Notes under the pieces: model-generated | What the model saw: only the letters and a program-made list of their open reading frames with translations | Told to the model about the DNA's origin: nothing | Database searches by the model: none | Part shown: piece by piece, positions 57,599 to 64,000 of the stretch | Numbering within the stretch: position 1 is the first letter of the stretch | How the letters are laid out: the number at the start of each line of letters is the position of its first letter | NCBI GenBank assembly: GCA_964625065.1 | Contig: CAZUZL010000003.1 | Span: 1,730 to 65,729, forward strand | DNA length: 64,000 bases | DNA from: an uncultured Candidatus Saccharibacteria bacterium | Lineage (GTDB): Bacteria; Patescibacteriota; Minisyncoccia; Phycocordibacterales; UBA9973 | Direction of reading: 5' to 3' | Position numbers and translations under genes: made by a program

Positions 57599-60500
57599 AT
57601 GCGTATATGTAAAGGTATCGCTTTGTCTTTCTGTATCGTTTTGTTTGTTTTTCCATTTATTTCTTTTGCCTCAGGGGAGGTTAGTCTAACTACTTTTTCA
57701 GGTGGAACTGATATTCCAGCCGATACAGCAGGTGTCGGCGGTAGTGGTGTATATACTAAGCTTACCGATTTTTCTATTGCAGAAGGCGGTGTGGGTAATA
57801 TAAAGTCTGGCACTGTTACCATAACTGCACCAACAGGTTTTGAGTTTGATACAACAAACCCTGCTACAGTTACTGTAACTAGCAGTACTGGTAATTCTGC
57901 CACAAATATAAACCATTTAAATTCTGGTGATTTTATACCTTCTGTTACAACTGCAAATTCAATTTATTTTACAATAACTTCACAGAGCACATCTGCCAGG
58001 AATACTTTAACATGGGGTTCTGTTTGGGTTCGACCCGTTGCTATTGCTTCGATTACAAATTCAGACATTATGCTGTCTAGTACTGACAGTATAGTCGGGC
58101 TAGCTTTACCCATGTCTGTAGGAGTGGTGTCTGAGTTATATATACCGCCAACAATTTCAAGTATAAATATAACTACACCCGCTACTAAGTTGGTCTATAA
58201 AGTGGGTGATACGTTGGACATAACAGGGCTAGTTGTAACAGGTACATATAGTGATGGCAGTACTAAGACTGAAAACATAACACAGACAAACATAACAGGG
58301 TTTGACAGTAGTTTACCTGTCAAAGGCCAGATTGTTACTATAGATGTTAGTGGTAAAACTACAACATACTCTGTAGATATAGAAACCCCCGCACCTATAG
58401 TAACTAATATAAAGGATATAAATATAATTTCAGATGTTGTCTGGAAAAAGGAAAACAGCCCATATATTATAGGGCGAAATGTCTCAGTATCTGGTAATGG
58501 AAAATTAACAATTGAAGCTGGTACTACAGTGGTTTTTAATTCTGAAATTAAAGTAAATGGAGGAAAAGTATATGTAAATGGAACAAAGGCCAACCCTGTT
58601 AATATTTCTGGAACCCAGGTGCCGTATACTAGTAGTGTTGGGTTTAATGTTACAAATGAAGGTGAGCTATATACAGAATGGATGAGTTGTAAAACTTTTC
58701 ATATTTGCGTTTTATTGTTACGTGGTGGAAAAATATATATAAACCATTCTGATTTTTCTGATATGAATAACGGAATTGCTTATGGTGAATATGGTGTTTT
58801 GGATGTACAAAATACATATTTCAGAAATGGAAGATTCGGAATAAGCGGTAACTTTGGTACGAGCGGGAACCCGTTCGAGAAATTTACAGGAAATAGTGCT
58901 TTTATACATGCCACATATAACTATTTTGACGGTATGTACCAGGGTGGATACTTCCAATATTCAACCAAACAAGGTTTAGTTAATGTAAATTTTAAAGTTG
59001 AAAACAATACATTTAAAACTAATAACACAGTTGGCGCTGTCTTCGGTGGCAACAGTATAGTTGGTGACTATACTGTAGGTGCAAACTACTATGGCGACCC
59101 AAGTGGACCACATTCAGACGCGAACCCAACAAGCAAAGGCGCACAAATATATTATGGAACTAAGACTATTATAAGCCCGTGGTTAACCACGGAAGTTTTT
59201 CCTGGTGATGGTGACGTAGTTATAAAACCAGTACTACCCGAATGTTGTTCGAGTGTGATGTTTTTCCCTGGTATAGAGGGTAGTAGGTTGTACATGAAAA
59301 ACAGCCTGGGTATAGAAGACCAGTTGTGGGAACCAAATACAGCTAGTGATGTGGCCGATTTATATGCGAATACAGATGGAAATAGTATAAATGATGTTTA
59401 TACGAGGGATATAATAAAGGAAACGAATTTGGTTGGAAATGCCCCTTTTTTGAGAAGACAAATTTACAAAGCATTTTCTGATGATTTAGATAATTTAGTA
59501 AATACAGATAAAATACATGAATGGCAACCCGTACCATACGACTGGCGTATGAGCGTAGACGATATTGTAGATGGCGGGGTAGTTTTAGAAAATGAAACAA
59601 AAAATATTATTACTGAACTAGAACGTATGGTCCATGATTCTGACACTGGTAAAGTTAGTTTGGTAGGGCATTCAAACGGAGGTTTATTGATAAAATATTT
59701 AGTAAAGAAATTAGAAGATAAAGGTGAGGCAGATTTGTTAGACAATGTCGTTTTAGTTGGGTCGCCGGAACTAGGCACACCACAGGGTTTGGTTGCACTA
59801 CTACATGGTTTAGATTTTGATGGGTTGTTTGGTGTTTTGGCACCACGGAAATATAACAGAGAGTTGGCATTAAATATACCAGGGGCGTATTCACTGATTC
59901 CTTCAAGTAAGTCATTTAAAAATAATACTACGCCAATAATTAGTTTCGATAATTCTATTGGTGATTTTGCTGGTATTATTAATGGTTACGGTAATAGTAT
60001 AGACACGTATAAAGAATTAAAAGATTTCATACTTTCAACCAGTGATGATAGAACTATTCCAGATTTTGATAATATTAACATACCGGCTATGGGTAATGAG
60101 TCTTTGTATAATAAGGCTGAGAATTTACATAGTATAATAGATAACTATACTATACCTAGCTTTATAAAAATATATGAAATTTCAGGAACTGGGTTGCCTA
60201 CAGTTTCTGGTATTAAATATTCTAGAAATACACATTGCCTGCTTGATGTATGTACTGATAGACAGTTTCTAGTTCCAGAAATTACTACAACTGTAGACGG
60301 AGATAAAGTTGTATTAAACTCATCTAGTGCTGTACTGCCTGGTACTAGATATTATGTCGACATGAATTCTTATAATAAAGACAATAATGTAAACTTTGAC
60401 CATGCATATATGCTGCAGAACAACAGTATAAAAAAATTAGTTGAAAACATTGTTACAGGTGTGGATGAACCAATACCCTATGTTATCGAAAAAAATTCTT

Positions 60501-61246
60501 TACCCACAATTAAAACAAAACATATTTCCATGCATTCGCCCGTGAATATAGATGTATACGACCAACAGGGTAGACATACCGGCCCGTGTGTAGACCCTGA
60601 CTATCCAGATATGGACTGTGTAGAACAGGAAATACCAAATTCTTCGTATATGGCATTAGGGGAAGACAAGTATATAACAATACCAAATGAAGGCACCTAT
60701 ACATTAAAATTAGACGGTTATGACACAGGTACATTTACCTTAAATATAGATAACTACGAAAATGACAATAAAACTGACAGTGTTGAGTTTAAAGATGTGC
60801 CCATAACCACAGACACCAGTAGCACGGTCGATCTAACAACACTGCCCCAGGAAATATTGTTAGATAACAATAATGACAATGAACCGGATTTAAAGATAAA
60901 TAGTAATAGTGAGGTTATAGATTTGCATCCGAAAAAAGAAAATACTGAGATAGTTGTGGTCAAGCCTATAGTACAAGGTGGCAAACCCATTTTAGATACT
61001 GAAAAAGTAAAAACTACAGATATGCAGCAAAATGTAAACAAAACTGTAGCGGTACGAACTAGAAGCAAAAATGTTATAATAAAAAAGCCAGTTCAGTTTG
61101 TAAATAAACAAATTAATACAAATACCAATACTGTAGCCGCGCCTACAGATAGTATTGAGACAAATATAATGCCTATGTCAGCCAATGTAGGTGATAGTGT
61201 AAATTTTGATTTGTGGAAATTTATTAAAAGATTATTTAATTATTAA
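57599..61246 (+). CDS. Very large secreted protein: Ig-like and beta-helix regions plus an alpha/beta-hydrolase (GHSNGG lipase/esterase-type) domain
   Basis: Signal peptide; NGGKVYVNGT right-handed beta-helix repeats; VSLVGHSNGGLLIKYL is a GxSxG nucleophile elbow. Confidence 0.65.
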   Translation: MRICKGIALSFCIVLFVFPFISFASGEVSLTTFSGGTDIPADTAGVGGSGVYTKLTDFSIAEGGVGNIKSGTVTITAPTGFEFDTTNPATVTVTSSTGNSATNINHLNSGDFIPSVTTANSIYFTITSQSTSARNTLTWGSVWVRPVAIASITNSDIMLSSTDSIVGLALPMSVGVVSELYIPPTISSINITTPATKLVYKVGDTLDITGLVVTGTYSDGSTKTENITQTNITGFDSSLPVKGQIVTIDVSGKTTTYSVDIETPAPIVTNIKDINIISDVVWKKENSPYIIGRNVSVSGNGKLTIEAGTTVVFNSEIKVNGGKVYVNGTKANPVNISGTQVPYTSSVGFNVTNEGELYTEWMSCKTFHICVLLLRGGKIYINHSDFSDMNNGIAYGEYGVLDVQNTYFRNGRFGISGNFGTSGNPFEKFTGNSAFIHATYNYFDGMYQGGYFQYSTKQGLVNVNFKVENNTFKTNNTVGAVFGGNSIVGDYTVGANYYGDPSGPHSDANPTSKGAQIYYGTKTIISPWLTTEVFPGDGDVVIKPVLPECCSSVMFFPGIEGSRLYMKNSLGIEDQLWEPNTASDVADLYANTDGNSINDVYTRDIIKETNLVGNAPFLRRQIYKAFSDDLDNLVNTDKIHEWQPVPYDWRMSVDDIVDGGVVLENETKNIITELERMVHDSDTGKVSLVGHSNGGLLIKYLVKKLEDKGEADLLDNVVLVGSPELGTPQGLVALLHGLDFDGLFGVLAPRKYNRELALNIPGAYSLIPSSKSFKNNTTPIISFDNSIGDFAGIINGYGNSIDTYKELKDFILSTSDDRTIPDFDNINIPAMGNESLYNKAENLHSIIDNYTIPSFIKIYEISGTGLPTVSGIKYSRNTHCLLDVCTDRQFLVPEITTTVDGDKVVLNSSSAVLPGTRYYVDMNSYNKDNNVNFDHAYMLQNNSIKKLVENIVTGVDEPIPYVIEKNSLPTIKTKHISMHSPVNIDVYDQQGRHTGPCVDPDYPDMDCVEQEIPNSSYMALGEDKYITIPNEGTYTLKLDGYDTGTFTLNIDNYENDNKTDSVEFKDVPITTDTSSTVDLTTLPQEILLDNNNDNEPDLKINSNSEVIDLHPKKENTEIVVVKPIVQGGKPILDTEKVKTTDMQQNVNKTVAVRTRSKNVIIKKPVQFVNKQINTNTNTVAAPTDSIETNIMPMSANVGDSVNFDLWKFIKRLFNY

Positions 61247-61247
61247 A

Positions 61248-61628
61248 ATGAAAAATATTTATTTAAAAATCATAGCCGCAGTTATATCCCTAGGATTGTT
61301 TTATTTTGTTGATAAATTGATTTTTTCCGATATATATTCACTTCAATTTTTTGGAATTTTTGTGGTTTTGCCCATAATTCTCTTTAGAGAAAAGATCTTT
61401 AAAGCATGGATTATTGGATATCTTTTATATGTAATATCAAATATTTATATTAAGTTTGTTCCGCCAACCTCAAGTAATTCATGTTGGAGTTTCTGTGGAG
61501 GAGAAAGTAGAGACGAAACATTTTTCATGGTTTATTTTGGCTTGCTGTTTATTTTAGGACTTCTACAGCTGCGAGTTTTTGTCCAAAGGAAAATAGTTGA
61601 AAAAGAATTGAAATCTCAAATTAAATAG
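61248..61628 (+). CDS. Small hypothetical membrane protein
   Basis: ATG 1 nt after the upstream stop; 3-4 TM helices. Confidence 0.4.
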   Translation: MKNIYLKIIAAVISLGLFYFVDKLIFSDIYSLQFFGIFVVLPIILFREKIFKAWIIGYLLYVISNIYIKFVPPTSSNSCWSFCGGESRDETFFMVYFGLLFILGLLQLRVFVQRKIVEKELKSQIK

Positions 61629-61635
61629 AACCCAT

Positions 61636-61664
61636 ATAAAAACACCTTGCAAAATAAGGTGTTT
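61636..61664 (+). terminator. Rho-independent terminator
   Basis: AAAAACACCTT-GCAAAAT-AAGGTGTTTTT. Confidence 0.75.
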
Positions 61665-61671
61665 TTATATG

Positions 61672-61714
61672 CCTGTGGATAACCCAGACGTCCAACGTCT
61701 GGGTTATCCACAGG
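61672..61714. repeat. Perfect palindrome: two opposed DnaA-box 9-mers flanking a hairpin (REP-like copy 8)
   Basis: CCTGTGGATAACCCAGACG-TCCAA-CGTCTGGGTTATCCACAGG. Confidence 0.6.
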
Positions 61715-61715
61715 G

Positions 61716-62003
61716 TTGCGGGGGATGGGGTTTTGTGTTAATGTGTGTTGGTAACGCTAAAGACAGTAGGCCGGGGAGAGAGATCTGCCCACAAGCCCTA
61801 CCGAGGTACAAATACTAGATTATTGCGCATATATGCCCCATAGGGGCCATGTATAGGCAAAAGATATAGAATAGTCCTATTTTGCATTACACCTTTAGAA
61901 ATAAGGGTTTTAGGTCGTTATTTATTAAAAATACTCCTGAAATTAAAGTTGGCCGTCCTTTAATGGACACCGGCCGGCATGATTTCTGGGGAAATCAAAA
62001 ACC
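61716..62003 (+). promoter_or_regulatory. Long structured 5' leader of rplJ-rplL (candidate L10 autoregulatory leader)
   Basis: About 290 nt non-coding, GC-rich hairpins (for example GGCCGTCC...GGACACCGGCCGGC), and positioned before rplJ. Confidence 0.35.
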
Positions 62004-62489
62004 ATGGCTTTAACTAAAAACAAAAAAGTAGAAGTTGTTGATCAATTAGCGAACCTAATCAAGGATGTAAAAACCCTTGTATTCGTTAAATTCGACAAAC
62101 TTACTGTGAAAGATGCGAATGCACTTCGTAGTGATCTACGTAACGAGCAAGTAGGGTACAAAGTAGCCAAAAAGACACTTCTAAAGCGTGTTTTGACTGC
62201 TAACAACTATAAAGGCGAAATGCCTGAACTAGGTAACCAAGTTGCTGTTGCATATGGTACAGACGAAATAGCACCAGCTCGTGGAGTATATGAATTCCAA
62301 AAGACACACAAAGACTACGTAAGTATCGTCGGTGGAGTGTTCGATGGAGAATACAAAACTCAAGCAGAAATGATGGAAATCGCTATGATTCCAGGCATGC
62401 AAGGCCTACGTGGCATGTTTGCAAACGTTATCAATTCGCCAATACAGCGTTTTGTTATAGCGCTTGACCAAATTGCAGCTAAAAAATAG
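62004..62489 (+). CDS. rplJ: 50S ribosomal protein L10
   Basis: MALTKNKKVEVVDQLANLIKDVKTLVFVKFDKLTV. Confidence 0.9.
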   Translation: MALTKNKKVEVVDQLANLIKDVKTLVFVKFDKLTVKDANALRSDLRNEQVGYKVAKKTLLKRVLTANNYKGEMPELGNQVAVAYGTDEIAPARGVYEFQKTHKDYVSIVGGVFDGEYKTQAEMMEIAMIPGMQGLRGMFANVINSPIQRFVIALDQIAAKK

Positions 62490-62517
62490 CATTATAATCT
62501 AATTAAAATCAAATTTT

Positions 62518-62904
62518 ATGGAAGAAACAAATTTTGAAGTACCTGCAAAGTTCGCAAGTATCGTTGCAGAAATCGAAAAAATGTCAGTTCTAGAACTTAA
62601 CGAACTAGTAAAGACATTTGAAAAGAAATTCGGAGTATCAGCAGCTGCAGTAGCAGGCCCAGCAGCAGCTGCAGGCCCAGCAGCAGAAGAAAAAGATGCA
62701 TTTACTGTTGTATTAACATCAGCAGGTGAAGCTAAGATTGCTGTTATGAAAGTAGTTAAGGAAGCTCTTGGACTAGGTCTTAAAGAAGCTAAGGACATCG
62801 TAGACGGTGCACCAGCAACTTTGAAAGAAGGCATGAAAAAGGCTGACGCAGACACACTTAAGAAGCAAATCGAAGAAGCAGGTGGTGCAGTAGAATTGAA
62901 ATAA
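62518..62904 (+). CDS. rplL: 50S ribosomal protein L7/L12
   Basis: [17 protein letters not shown], an Ala/Pro hinge, and a C-terminal ...[10 protein letters not shown]. Confidence 0.9.
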   Translation: MEETNFEVPAKFASIVAEIEKMSVLELNELVKTFEKKFGVSAAAVAGPAAAAGPAAEEKDAFTVVLTSAGEAKIAVMKVVKEALGLGLKEAKDIVDGAPATLKEGMKKADADTLKKQIEEAGGAVELK

Positions 62905-62906
62905 TT

Positions 62907-62965
62907 CCACTTACCCCAGATAGGACCTAAAGTCCTATCTAAAAGCCCGGTCGCCTTTGGCGACC
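62907..62965 (+). terminator. Tandem terminator hairpins
   Basis: AGATAGGAC-CTAAA-GTCCTATCT and AAAGCCCGGTCGCC-TTTG-GCGACCGGGCTTTTGCTTTTT. Confidence 0.75.
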
Positions 62966-63077
62966 GGGCTTTTGCTTTTTCTGGTTTTGGACCATTTTTA
63001 TTTGACAATTTGCCGACATAGTTGCTGGGGGTAATCAGTAAGTTGCCCCATATATGCCAAGGGCGTATAATATTGGC

Positions 63078-63671
63078 ATGGAAACACTAGGAAAACTATT
63101 CGGAAGCACACTGCGAGTCAAGTCTATGCGGTATTTTCTGTTAAACGGGGACGGAGCACATTTGGTAGTAGAAGTTGCAACAAGATTGAAACTAAAAACA
63201 CCTATTATAAGCAAAGAGTTGCGCGCGTTGGCAGATTTTGGATTTCTTAAGAAAAAATCTGTGCGTGGCAAAACTGCATATGTACTGAACACTTCGTTCC
63301 AACATTTAGTAGCTATAGAAGCTATAATTCTACACCCAGATTTTCTACGTAAAGACCAATTGGTAAAGTCTTTGAAAAAAGCCGGCAAGATAAAGATGAT
63401 AGTTGCCGCAGGTGTGTTTATGAAAAATTCTGAAAGTAGACTAGATTTGTTTATGGTAGGCGACAAAATGAAACGCCCCGCAGTAGAACGTATAGTACGT
63501 GATTTCCAGACTGAAATAGGCAAGGAAATATCGTACGCGTTGTTTGACACAGACGAATTTGTATACCGTATGAACATGCGCGACAAGTTGGTGTCTGATG
63601 TTTTGGACTTTCCACACGAACAGATACTGGTAACACCAGAGTTTTCCACATATTTGATTGGTGGGCGTTAA
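63078..63671 (+). CDS. Hypothetical protein with an N-terminal winged-helix-like region
   Basis: ORF with no strong motif. Confidence 0.4.
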   Translation: METLGKLFGSTLRVKSMRYFLLNGDGAHLVVEVATRLKLKTPIISKELRALADFGFLKKKSVRGKTAYVLNTSFQHLVAIEAIILHPDFLRKDQLVKSLKKAGKIKMIVAAGVFMKNSESRLDLFMVGDKMKRPAVERIVRDFQTEIGKEISYALFDTDEFVYRMNMRDKLVSDVLDFPHEQILVTPEFSTYLIGGR

Positions 63672-63757
63672 AACATTGTCTGTAAAGGAGTATAATGTAT
63701 GTATAAAGGTATGCCCTTTATAAATAACGTTATTATTTAATTAATTAATATTTTTCT

Positions 63758-64000
63758 ATGTACATCACATCATGGGGCGATGCTTTCATCGCTTCTTTCC
63801 AAAGTTTTAAATGGGCTCTTGCTAGTTTTATACCACAACTAGTTTTTGCACTTATTCTTTTTATAATTGGATGGATACTAGCGCATTACGTTGGTAAAGC
63901 AATCAAGTCTCTTGTAGATAGTTTGAAAATCGACGGTATGTTCCGTTCTACAGGTTTAGAAAAGAACTTAGAACGTGCAGGTATGCATTTGTCAGTTGGT
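63758..64000 (+). CDS. Membrane protein with a conserved TM-helix repeat, 3'-truncated by the window edge
   Basis: MYITSWGDAFIASFQSFKWALASFIPQLVFALILFIIGWILAHYVGKAIKSLVDSLKIDGMF...; frame open to the window end. Confidence 0.4.
   Translation, partial: MYITSWGDAFIASFQSFKWALASFIPQLVFALILFIIGWILAHYVGKAIKSLVDSLKIDGMFRSTGLEKNLERAGMHLSVG

Overview
The window is AT-rich and densely packed with small genes. Its content and layout suggest a reduced-genome bacterium, possibly a Candidate Phyla Radiation / Parcubacteria-like lineage. rplK is not followed by rplA, no rplI follows rpsR, and rplJ-rplL lie about 40 kb away from rplK. This lineage call is an inference from gene content only.

Core housekeeping genes read from the six-frame track are: a 5'-truncated RluA-type pseudouridine synthase, rplS, an NRAMP transporter, VKOR-like and PduO-type adenosyltransferase genes, two DedA paralogs, a Pif1-family helicase, FKBP, and a MacAB-like efflux operon (membrane-fusion protein, ABC ATPase, two FtsX permeases). 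Also present are a SIMPL-family protein, secE-nusG-rplK, a dcd-thyA-(tandem NHDYG protein)-folA thymidylate cluster, argS, ileS, glyQS, metG, tatD, rpsF-ssb-rpsR, efp, recA, ftsK, rplJ-rplL and several large secreted or surface proteins. One tRNA-His(GTG) is encoded on the minus strand.

Three things stand out. (1) A complete diversity-generating retroelement at about 17.15-20.1 kb. It has a target gene whose 3' end is a variable repeat (VR), a roughly 110-bp template repeat (TR) that differs from VR almost only at TR adenines, a divergently oriented Avd-like four-helix-bundle gene whose start abuts a G10 homopolymer, a reverse transcriptase with the DGR-type GNLTSQ motif, and a solo MazF/PemK-like toxin gene immediately downstream. 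(2) A REPtron-like locus at about 54.9-57.5 kb, with another copy at 61.7 kb. A Y1 (IS200/RAYT-type) HUH transposase is flanked by inverted hairpin repeats, each of which carries a perfect DnaA-box 9-mer (TTATCCACA); at least ten such boxes occur. (3) Several families of short GC-rich palindromic mini-elements sit at gene ends and, in frame, inside argS and ileS. ileS also carries an embedded histidine-phosphatase (PGM-like, RHG...SHG) domain.
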